DNA of 64,000 nucleotides from Marsupella aquatica (Eukaryota; Plantae; Marchantiophyta): positions 20,588,857 through 20,652,856 of the forward strand of contig OZ316893.1 in NCBI GenBank assembly GCA_973895155.1, read 5' to 3'. Positions 25,661 through 37,467 of this stretch are shown piece after piece. The translations under genes and the position numbers were made by a program. The notes under the pieces were generated by a model. It did no database searches and was not told the DNA's origin. It was given only the letters and a program-made list of their open reading frames with translations. The first letter of the stretch is position 1. Every line of letters begins with the position of its first letter.

Positions 25661-28600
25661 TCATACTTCAGACCAAGTAGGATAGTGATATTTAATAAAC
25701 TTATGCGCTGTCTGACCAGAATCTTCTAGATTACGTAAATATGGAATAAGTGTGCCTCTAAGAAAATTGTCTTTACAATTACCATAATACGGCTTGGGAT
25801 ACAGCCTTGAATACATTGGATTTACACTATCAAATGATGGATAACACTCTAAAAATATAACATTTTGTCTTTGATATTGTGGATAAATATCATTGATCTG
25901 TTTCATGTCCATCAAAGTTGATGTAAGATACTTAAGACCAGAAAAACTCAAAGCTTTATCTGTGAGTATTGGATCCATTTGATCAGCCAGTTCGCATGTG
26001 TCAGTGAGTGCCCAAAGAACCACATCAAAAGTTGAAGTGCAAAATTCAAGAAATTCTTGTACATATGGTCTCGGAAAGATCATTTTGTTATAAACTCGGA
26101 AAGATGATGTCTTCTTCAAATGACGAGAGACCCCAGTTGTGTAAATGAGGAACTTGTTGATACTTATGACAAGTAATTTCCTGAATAATTTTTCAACTCT
26201 CACCTGTACACAACACACACAGATGAGATTTAGAATAGTACCCAAAAATATGTCATAAATTAACTATGCACCATGGTTCATTCTACAAATAAGTGTGATA
26301 AGTAGTCCAAAATGTACCCTGATTATTAAACACATGGAATCTCCTTGAATGATTTCTATCTCCATGATCACGAATATACTGAGTATTGATCCATATTTGG
26401 AAGTGTTCCCTCCAATCTTGTTGCAATGACTTTTGCAACCATAATGGGTAAGTTTCCTTGATACTATACACTATTCACATCCATAATGACCAATTTGCTG
26501 GTTTGGGCTCAGATTGCACCTAAACAATCAAACAATTTATAGCACTATGAAAAACATTATACATTTTAAGTATAGTCAAAATAAAATCATTACTTCTTGT
26601 TGCGCAAAATCTGCTGAGGTGTCTTCTTCACCTTTGGCAGCATAGTAACTTTTTCTATCACCGAGGGTCTCTTTGAATCCCGTCGAGTGGCACGACCTGG
26701 AATGACCTTGGAACCAGTCTTAGGAAGCTCCATTCTTGTTGCCGGAGTCGTTTGTGAACAATCTCCATGAGAAGTTGAAACTAATGGGATCCCCAAAAAA
26801 GGAGGTGGTAATTCATTCAATCCATCAGCGTAGGCTGCAGCAGATGCTTCCTCTTCCCAAGGCGCAATTTTTCCCACCTCCGGTATGTCTTGATCTTCAA
26901 GGTTGGTGGCTTGTTGGATCCAAGGATGTTCTTCACTATCTACCAACAAATCACTCTCATTTGTTTTAGGGTCCATCGATGTGTGAGACACCTTTGGTTT
27001 TTCGGCCAAAATCATAACAGGATCCACTTGTGCATTGATTTCAACATTTCTTGTCTCTAGAGGATCCATTTGCTCCCTTGCTAGGTTGCTGTCAACATTT
27101 CTTGGCTTTGTCAATGTGAAAGGCTCATCCAAAATATTAGCCTCAACCACTAGAGGATCCATCTGCTCCCTTGCTAGGTTATTGTTAGCATTTATTGGCT
27201 CTGTTGATGTGGGACGCACATCCAAAATGTTAGTCTCAACCACTAGAGGATCCATCTGCTCCCTTGCTAGGTTGTTGTTAGCATTTCTTGACTCTGTCGA
27301 TGTGGGAGGCACGTCCAAAATGTTAGTTTCAACCATTGAAGGATCCATTTTCTTCTCCACTGGATCACCATCAACATTTACTTGCTCTGTCGATATGGGA
27401 GACGTGCCCAAAATGTTAGTTTCAACCAGTAAAGGATCCATCTGCTCCACCATTGGATTCACGACCAAAGCATTGTCTCTTATTGTTTCCTCGTTTGGAA
27501 TGAAAGAATCATCTCTCTTCACACCCAAATCTTGGATGATTGCTTGTTCATAATCACTTTGATAAACTGCACATGTATCTAGTGTAGCATCATTAAGATT
27601 AGACACGGGTGTATCTATAGAGTTAGTGATAGGGTTGGAGATTAGTTGATACTCCTTCATCCAAGTCCATTTGTTAATAGTGCTTTTAGGTTCACTTTGA
27701 ATGGCAAAAACATCAATAGGAGGATCTCCAACCATTTCACATACTTCTGTTGCATAATAGACATTATCTTGTAAATTAGTGATTTGTTCAGGGGTTTCCA
27801 AACCGGAGCGATGAGTCAAAGCTTCATGCCAATATGCTCTTGCTTTCCACCCATGAAATTGAGCTTCGCTTCGAAAGAACTCATCCCAATCTATTGTAGA
27901 AATGTGATCTGGGCAACTGGTTTCCTGATCAGGAATATAATTTTCCCACACAAATTTGCGGACAATCATTCTTCGCTCATTTTTACTTTTGGTTTCATAA
28001 AATGCCACTTCATTTTTGTTTCTTTGATTTGATTCTTGCACCCCAGCACGGCTACAATTTGATTGGATATTTTTAACATTCTTTGCATTTAGATTTGAGG
28101 TAGGGCATCTTCCTTTGGTCATTGAAACTCCTTGTTCCTCGACATTGAGCTCTGGTTCGGTTTGGAAAGCCCCGAACGAGTCAAGAATTTCCATTGAATC
28201 ATTTGGTGATTCCACGTGATCCAACTTTAGTGGCTGCCAAGCATTCGGGGAATCAATGTTATCCTCTTCGTCCTCATCCTTGTTCTCGTCCTCAATAGAA
28301 TTGGTTTTATCTCCTACAACCAAAACAACAAACAATAGATAAATATGGTGAACCAATAAACTTCTAATTATTTTTATTTATTAAATATCGCTATTAGTTT
28401 GCTTTGCCTAATTTCAATGACTACATGATGTATTAGACAAGTGTTTTCTATATTATGTTAAGTACTAATCTAATTTTTCACAAAATTCCAGAGTAAGTTA
28501 ATCTATTTATAGAATTTAAGCGATTCATTTGACAAGTTAAAACTATGATTGGGTTGTTCAGTTCGTATTAGTATTTGCTTCAACTCTAGTTGGAATTATT

Positions 28601-31600
28601 ATCCATTTGAAATGTTTGGACTATACCAAATAATAGGTTCTATATTGTCTTGATAAATTTATCTAACTTCACACATCCAACTTGTTCCAACCATGGTTCA
28701 TTCTAATATTTTCATCAATCAATCATTCTATATCAAATCATGTACATCATTCTCTTGAGAACATCAATTTATAATTCATGATTCATATCTGGCATATGAC
28801 AAGTTTGGCTACTTAATTCATCATTAGCTATTGAATATGGTAGTTTATAACAAATGGTAGTCATATTAACCTCCAAGTGGATCAGTAGGAACATTGGTTG
28901 GCATTTCGTAGACTTTGTCATCTGATTCAGGAATGTTGCCCAATCCATATTCCTTGATCACACGAGCAATACTACTTTCACCAAGGTGTAAGGTATCTTT
29001 GCAAAGCTCAATAATGTCCTCTCTCATATTCTTCTTGGCCAAATTATACTTCATCAATCTGGCAATATTTTTCTCTAAAATACTTCGAAGTTCACATGAT
29101 GCTTCTTCAGGCTGATCATGATTAAACTTGTTTGTGGAAGAAAAGAATTGCGTAAGGGCCTCATTCACAATTGGGTGTACCTCACAGGAACCACTTTCAG
29201 GACTCAAAAACATGTTTTTTTAGTGAAAAATGACTTTTGTAACATGGAAAAAGCTTCATCATGATTTTATCTCAAGACATTTAAGTCTAATTTTTTCACA
29301 AGACTATTTTACATGGTGTAACCTACCTCATCATGTAGATAAATCAAGTTTTTAACTTTTTTAAGGGATCCTATTATTGATGGCCCTAAATAAGCCAAAA
29401 TTACTGATTATTTTTGTCCTGTACATAAAGGTTTAGTGTGTGTCAATATTTGAGTTTTAAAATATAAGATTATTCTATTAGTATGCATGCCTTGGTAAAA
29501 TTTCATTGTCTAAAATGCAAGTTTTAGAGTCCTTTCGAGTCCTGAAATGATGTGACTAGTTGCGTGACAAGTCCTTTTATCGATCTTTGAAGGACATATA
29601 AGGAAAGCTTCAAAGTCTCAAATGCTAGATAGTTTAATTAATGTTACCAACCTACAGGATGTTTATTAAGTATAGTACATCAAATTTTGCATATCATCTC
29701 ATTACACCTTACAAATGATGTCCTAAAGCATAATAAACTATGGTCACTTCTGAGTGTGACGTTCCTTTTGGGTCCTCCAATTGTGAATGAGGCCTAAGTC
29801 CTTCGTGATTAGACTCGTCACAATATGAACGTACCCGAGCTCCCAAGTTCTGCAAAACCATGAGACTGAGTTTTAATACTTGGGATTTCAATATAGTTGA
29901 ATAATTAAATGAACTTTCAACTGTAAGGTTTGGGGTTTAAAAACTCATACCAAAAGGGAGTGGATCAGATGTCGGCCATCTCCAAAACAAACAGAAAACT
30001 TGTCAAATGAGACAAGTTGAGAAGTCAAGTTATCATAGAAACTCTTGCTTTTCTCCCCAAGCTGAGTCTGCTCTGCAACATCTTCTGTTGTCTCTTCATA
30101 ATTCTTCAAACATCCTGCTTTCTTAAAGCTTAACAAAAATTTTCCAGAAATCTCATCTGCCTCACATTCTTCAGTGAATGACACTTTGAAGAATGCATAA
30201 GTTACAAAAAGACAATTGACATCATAAATTGTCGATGTAGAAGATGACGGTCGAGATTGTGTCCAGTATTGTGTTGTGAATGCAACATAATATGGGTGTG
30301 CTGAAATGGCACTCATCACAAAGAAAGAGTCGATCGTAGATGATATCACTACCACGACATGAGATGGTTTGGACCCAATCATAGAAGCTGCATCAAAGAA
30401 TGCTTCATATGTCTTCCGTGTCATGGGACTTATTCCAGGTATCATGGTAGCATCCAAGAATATGAATGTTGCCATTTCTTTCAATTCCAAGATGATTGGA
30501 TGAAAAAATGCAGGAGTTCCAAATCCCTCATTTGAACAAAACCTAAGTTTTGAGTCAAGTTTCACAACCACCGGATTACCTTTTCCATCCACTGAAGCCC
30601 TGATTGACCATATCAAACTCTTAAAAACTCCAGGCAAAAGATTTTGCAACTCGTCATTTCCAGTGTTCTTTGTTAATGATTTTGGGATTACTGCAGGTCC
30701 AAGCGTAGTTCGAAGTTTTTCAACTTTATCTGGAGTAAGCTTAAAAAAAGCTCGCATTGCATTCACCTTCTCGATTCTCTGCTCCATGGGCAACGCTCGT
30801 AGTTTCCCCTTAGACATATTATCTTTTGCAAGATATTTCAAAAGCAGTATCTCAAACTCCTTATCCTGCTTCTTTTGAACGCAATACTCATCAAGAGCAA
30901 TGAAATCTTCTTCGATAGGAACTGCATCTATCTTCTTTGCAATTCCGCTACTTCGTTGCTTCATTAGTGAGATCTTCTTATTGGTAAGAAGATACCTTGC
31001 AATCTTCATCAACACTGCATCTTCAACACCAAGAAAATCCCGAAATGTTCTTCGTGCCACCTCCCAAGCTCCTCGAGCAGAATCTTTCTTAATAACATCT
31101 CTCTGTAAGAACCCATTGAAAGCAACCAATTTTCCTTCTCTTGACATCTCGTAAACTTTCATCCACAAGTTGAAGGTGGAATCTGTCATATTTAAGATGA
31201 AAGATCCAAGTTCACCCAAATTAAATTTTCCATTCTCCTCTTTAGCCCAAGGGATGACGATCATTGCTGCTTTTGAGAAGTGCTGTTCACACACAACTAA
31301 AATCATTAGGTGGATACAAACCATGGTTCACACTATTATACTTTTCACATTCTATTGCATTCAGATGCACTAGCAGAAGTTAAACAAGAATAAAAATAAA
31401 CTTATGAAATATATGACTCTTACCTTCCATTTTGAATCTTTGGTGCTGTTTGTCTCTGAAGGAGGACATCCATAACTTTTTCAAATATCTCTGACCTGTC
31501 TTGCAATCAAGAAAAATTGGGATTCATCCATCGCTATGTGATGGACATGATTCAATGTCTTTGATAATCCCATCATTACCAGGTTTCCAGCCAAATCATA

Positions 31601-32701
31601 TGGTGCCCAAAACATCACGGCATCAATTGTAAGGCATTTTTGATGAATAGCAGCATCCACTGATTCATCATTCAAAAGTAATCGGTAAGCTATTACTGTG
31701 TGCTGGCCTCCAATTATCCAAAAATGATAATTGTCAATTTGGTCAAGGATCGGTGGGTGTGACAATGGAGTCCCACAATAGCCAACTTCAGTGCTCCTGC
31801 TCTCATCCCAAAGCACTGGGATGAGGAAACAAACCCGCTTCTCAAAATTTACCAACGACTGAAATTTCATCGAGTTGGCAAGGTCCCTTGAGTAATCAGG
31901 GTCATGTCCTCTACATTTTACAACATTGGGTGCAATGTGGCATTTCAAATTTTCAACATTGAAAACTCTACTATCAAAGATGTTTGCTTTTTTATAAACA
32001 CCATTGAAACTCTTGCAAAGATCTCCAATGTTTTCTCCAGTGATCACTTTTGGAACTTCTCCTGTTTCAAACTTGGATTGCTTCTCAAGTTCCTCCTTCT
32101 TTCCAACACGAAATGTTTCCGGGAAGGTGCATTTTGCCCATGCCAAGATGGATAACATGTACCTCTCGATGCTTGGGCCATTTATGAGTGTAGAAACCTT
32201 TGGGAATGTGGGATCCAAAATGGTTGAGAATGCCTCCGGAGAGAATCTACAATTTGCCTCAATGTATGTTTGGTCAAACATCCCAAATACCTCTCTGGAG
32301 AAACAATAGCAAATCCTATTGTTTTGTGATTCATCGACGGTATCCTCCTCGACCAGAAGGACCAAAGCCTCTTGACAGTCTTTCAGGTTGACATTTTTCT
32401 CATAAACACAACTGAGAATTCGAGAGTCTGACAATACCAAAGTCCCCTCTTCAGAAGCGACGCACATCCGAAGAACATTCTTATCAAGCACCACTCCCCA
32501 GTGCTTCATATCTTTCTGTTCAACTCGGACAACAGTATCGGTGATGGTGGATTTCAATGTCATCTTCCTCCCACGAAAATTAGTGATGGAATTCACTCCT
32601 GTGACACCCTTTCTAACTTTGGCTTTCCTTTTTTTTGGGCTTCCATCAGTTTTTTCCAAAGACTTCCGCTTCTTCTTGCTAGTTTCTCCTTCGGATGCCA
32701 T
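25661..32701 (-). pseudogene. Multi-exon TE cargo gene: NLS, ParB/Srx-like domain, helical region, degenerate N4/N6 methyltransferase-like region, acidic/31-aa repeats, FCP1(NIF)-like HAD domain(s); disrupted
   Basis: Exon 32701-31424 reads through a TGA at 31483-31481 (probably TGG: QVRDI*KSYGCPP) to a phase-0 GTAAG donor. It joins 31282-29951, then ~29190-28871 (5' edge unresolved), 28313-26594 (phase-1 junction verified), a damaged 26519-26318 exon, and 26203-25661. Motifs: CRGHD..YSRDLANSM and HFWIIGGQHT (ParB-like); FIFLDATM and GEKSKSFYDNL..FSVCFGDG (MTase-like); KLLVISIN..FPRPYVQEFLEFC..FDVVLW (FCP1-like). Confidence 0.65.
27040..27460 (-). repeat. Coding tandem repeat, 93 bp (31 aa) x~5 in the cargo gene
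   Basis: GGATCCAT(C/T)TGCTCC-type cores recur every 93 bp (~27062, 27155, 27248, 27341, 27434), encoding NLAREQMDPLVVETNILDVxPTSTExxNAN-like units. Confidence 0.88.
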
Positions 32702-32898
32702 GACTATGTGCGTTCTCGCTCTGCTTCACAACAAAAACAAATTTGATCATAAGAATACTGTCGGCAAGATGTGTCAAGGATATTCTTTAAAGAACATGTT
32801 GAATGTTCAAAGAAACCAGATATTTTGAAATGTTTGACTTAATTTTCTCCCAGGGACAGCATAGAGTAGTTTGGATTCTGGCAAAATGTAGATCATCA

Positions 32899-33900
32899 AA
32901 CCATGGTTCATGCTGCAAGCTCTAAATCTAGATGAAATCAAAGATGACTAGGGATAGTGCAAACAAAGGTTCATGGAATAATATTTAGCTTTGAATCTAA
33001 ATGAATTGAATCAAAGACTACTGGGACAGTGCAAACCAAGGTTCGTGCAAGATAGCTAGCTGTGACTGGTATTTATTCTTTGTACTGCAAACCATGGTTT
33101 GCTCTGCAAATGGTTACAGGGAATGAACTTCAGGACAAATCAATGGGGACACTGCAAACCAAGATTCGTGCAATGAGGGCTTGTGATACTTATTCTCAGT
33201 AGTGCAAACCATGGTTTGCACTGCAAATGATATGACTTTCACCTTAAATGAATGGCAACACTAACAATCAAAATGAACATGAAGTAATAAGGCTCGGATA
33301 TCAATAGGTCCCTTTGTGCAACAAGGTCTAGAAAAATTGACTAGGAAGATAAACTTCAGAGCAAACCATGGTTCATGCCCTTGAAAGCAAAATTGAGCTT
33401 CATTAAGATTAGAAATTGGACTGGGTGGACATGCATGATGTGCAAATCCTTGTTTGTGCTGCAAGTACAAATGTAAATCCATTTGCTAGAAAATTGTTGG
33501 CTGGAAGGACAGCCAAGTCCAGATGTGAGTTGTGATAGTGGGGAGTCACATATTACCCCTTCACAGCACGAACCATGGTTTGTGCCACGATAGGTACAAG
33601 GCACCAGGTTTGGAAAATGTAATGCCTCAAAGGAAGGTGAGTTGAGGTCAGAGTGGTGGAATTAGACTTAACATAAAGATGTGCAAACCATGGTTTGTGC
33701 TATATGAAATCATGGAAATCTATTTCAGAGACAGGGCTGACTGGGAGGATAATCGAGGTCACTTGCTTTGCAGCACAAGCCATGGTTCATGCAGCAATTG
33801 ATAAATGTATTGCCTCAAAGGAAGGCTAGCTCAGTTGACCACAGAGAGGCCAAGGGGACACGATGTGAGAGACAGTTGAATTGCACATCATGGTTTGAGC
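32899..33900. promoter_or_regulatory. Cluster of AACCATGGTT palindromes upstream of the cargo ATG (likely 5'-UTR intron)
   Basis: Perfect copies at 32899, 33090, 33207, 33364, 33571 and 33686, with variants at ~32962, 33034, 33157, 33778 and 33886. A 22-bp perfect palindrome AGTGCAAACCATGGTTTGCACT lies at 33201-33222. The regulatory role is inferred. Confidence 0.6.
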
Positions 33901-36900
33901 TGGTAGGGATAAAATGCAATCCATTTCATAAAGTGGGATTGCTGGAATGATAGCTGACTTAGGAGTGGAGTGATTTTATTGGGACTCCACAACATGGAAC
34001 GGATTCAGGAAATGCACTGGCCGTAACGACTTAGCTGCTGGCCTCAGGGATGATTTCTTTGATAAGGTGTACAGTCCGTAACAGCTTACTTGAAGGATTC
34101 ATGGATTGAGTTAGGATTGTGGGAAGAAGGGGATATTACAATCCTCCATAAACTTTTAGTTGTGACCTCCAAGTTTAGACTTTGGTTATTGTTAATGAAC
34201 ATAAAATGACCTTTAGGAATAGTCAAGCACAATAGGACAAATCTTGCTATGGCAATCTTCAGCACACTCTGGACTACAGAGATTGAGGGCAGGTTACCTA
34301 TGATCAAGTGCACTTCAAGTTAGCTCAGCAACCCTGCTCAGACCAGCTCAAGCCTCAACAACTCCGCGCTGATGGGGATTAGAAAAAGGGATATATGCCA
34401 CGTTTAGGCCAGTTATTGAGATGAGAAGGGGTAGCTCGATCCACCTTCCTAGACTGCCAAACACATCCAAGATCACACTTCATCATGTGCTCACAAAGCC
34501 AATATCAAAGGGTATATATTCAAACAGATATGCCATAACAAGAAGTTTCCAATTAACAAAGGCTCCAAAACAACGATAGAGACTTAAGGATGTCCAACAG
34601 TATAATCATGTAGCAGCACTTACCACTGAGAATAGTCCTGGCCTTCACACAGCATGTGAGAATAGTCCTGGCCTTCCACGCCTTTACGCAGCATACTGCA
34701 CCACACAAAGGAACAAACCAAAAGTTGAGCATTAAAACTCTTACCAATCACAAAGAGTTACACGAACACGACTCAATACTGAGAGGCATGATCAACAAAT
34801 GAGTCAATCCACCCAAATAGCAAGGGCGGAGGTGACAAAGGAACACTAATTTAAAGAACAACCACTTCTGAAGGGAAAAAAAGACAATCTGATCAAAATC
34901 ATGTGAGATTTGTAGAACCAAATGAAAAAATACAACCAAAATTTAGTCTTCCTACCGCGTGCTTGGAAACTCTATTGTTGAGTGTTGCTCTAAGCTACTA
35001 TCTTCCACATGGCTGCCAACAGTAAGCAACAACAGTTTGCTGCATTAGTTGTTTGAATGGGTCTGTTTGCACAGCCAAGCATACACTCTGACAAGCATAT
35101 TATCGACATGTAGCATCGTAATGAAACTAAGGCACTTGATTCTTGTACACTGAACTGAGTAGACAGCCGGGTAGACTGCAGACTGTGAGAGTGTGAATGT
35201 TAAATTAGACCAAGACGTGCAAGTTGGACAAATGAGTTCATGTTGTGACACAGGTAGTCGTCCCCCCGACCTCTCTACTCTACTCTACTCTACTCTACTC
35301 AATCACATATGTGCCAATATATACATTATCGACCCTTACTGATTGAGATCAATTCCTAGATCTTAGAAGGCCCAGAATCTGGCCCAAAATATTTGATCTA
35401 GTCATTTTTAATTTACCTCAAACTAAGCCCTCGATATATCAGACTAAATATTCAGCTTCTTGCCATGATCGATTGATTAGTTATGAATTAGCAGCAAATT
35501 TTTAGATTAATTTCTTAAACTCTACGTACGTCCATATACTAGTCTGAGTTGTCTTTGCACAGAAACCAAGCCTTGTGCTAAGAATGCTTGCAATTGATAC
35601 TCGATCCATACACAGTCCCAACAAAGATACCTCTCCTTGAGTGACTCGATCTACGGACTCTTTAGCATTATTGACAGGGCTGACTTCTGGCACGTAGAGG
35701 CTAATTATATGCAGATGCCCAATAATAGTTTAGTGCATACCCAAATCTGACTTGTGCTTTTACTGTCAACGGCTACGCCTGTTGCTCACTCTATTGTGTG
35801 TTGAAGTCAAAGTTGTCTTGGACCTACATGTCCAGGCAACAAACTTTAGTATCACAAGGCCACCACTAAAGAAGATAAACAGTGAATATAATTTTCAACA
35901 AGCTAAAACAATGAACTGAAAGTTTGGCAAACCCACCACAGTATTTAATTGCATGCAGCAGAAAACGATGAGATGCACATAAAAAACTTTACAAATTATA
36001 TTCATGTACGTCTACAAGACAATTTATCAATGCCATTGCTCTTGGTTAGAACACATGTCGGAAGCAAAGTGATGAATCAATATGTAGAGTACATTATAGT
36101 TTCATAATTTGTGTTGTCCGACGTAAAACTAGGAGAGCAATATTCCTCTTCCAATCAAAGTGGTAAGAATATTAAAATAGACAGGGAAGTACCTTCCTAA
36201 CAATCACATAACCTTGGTAATGAAAACCAGATCTACCTTATGTTGTTGGTGAAGTACGTTGTTGGTGAAGTAGTAGTTTAACTCTGAATAGCATCCCTGG
36301 GAGGATCTCAGCACTAAATTACATATTTGACATGCAGCGCTCCTGTCCAATGGAAGTACAAATGACATCAGAAGAATAAAGAAGATGTGTCCATCTACAC
36401 ACAAGACAAATGTACTACTATTTTAATTTTATGCTGTGTAGCTATCCTTCTGATTACATAATTGTTTTAAAATTTGGCATTTGTTAGATAATCTCACGCA
36501 TGGATCTAGATTCTAGTTTTTGTCAGGCTGACATCGACATTGAGAATTAAATTCTAATCTATTGCAAGCTTTGTCAAACTTTCTAAGTTTGAATAACACT
36601 GTATGGTCAATTCGTCTTATCCTTGTTCCAATCAGATTGCTAAGAACGTTAAAAATAGATAGGGAACTACTGTACCTGGCTTCCAACGATCACATAACCT
36701 TCAGAATAAAACCGAGATCTATACCTGTTGGGAGAAACTAGCTCTCTGGGAGAGGCGCAACAATAAAATACATCGCCGACATGCAGCGCTCCTGTCCAAC
36801 GGAAGCAGGCATAGTGTTAGGAGAATAGAAAAAATGTAGCTGTCATGCAGAGCTCCAATGAAAGCACGTAAATGTTACGGAGTAGGAAGATCTGGAAACC

Positions 36901-37258
36901 AAATGTGTCATTCTTTATACCTTTGGAAAGAAGAAGTCAAGCCGCATCCAACAAACCTAGACACTCAGGTTTTGAGAGAAAGAGGAAGACGCAGTATGAA
37001 TTGTAAGTAGGCGAAAAAATGCAAAAATAACATAGCTAGACACAGAAAAATGCATAAATGTTGACTGGGTCAATGTGACACGATTTTCAATAATACTGGA
37101 TGAAAACAGGCGATTAAGGCATCGTTGGAAAGGATTTTCAAATGCTTTTGAAACAAGCCCATGAGCAAGACTTCTTGTTGAGTAAACACTGAGATTGGAA
37201 GACAAGTCAGAGAAGGAGATTGAAGGAACATCAATCCTCCATTACAACCGGGAGCCAG

Positions 37259-37467
37259 GAAGAAACGAATAAAGAACAGCGCAGGTGATGGGAACTGCTA
37301 GCAAACCCCTGCGGCAAGGCTGTGCTTGGAAGAAACGAATGAAAAACAGTGCAGGTGATGGGAACTGCTAGCAAACCCCTGCAGCAAGGCTCTGCTTGGA
37401 AGAAACGAATGAAAAACAGTGCAAGTGATGGGAACTGCTAGCAAACCCCTGCAGCAAGGCTCTGCTT
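37259..37467. repeat. Tandem repeat, 70 bp x3
   Basis: GAAGAAACGAAT..AAACAG.GCA.GTGATGGGAACTGCTAGCAAACCCCTGC.GCAAGGCT.TGCTT starts at 37259, 37329 and 37399. Confidence 0.92.

Noticed and set aside
32899-33900. Palindrome cluster as a CRISPR-like repeat-spacer array
   Set aside because: The conserved core is only 10-16 bp, spacing is irregular, and the spacers are partly homologous to each other. Binding sites explain it better.
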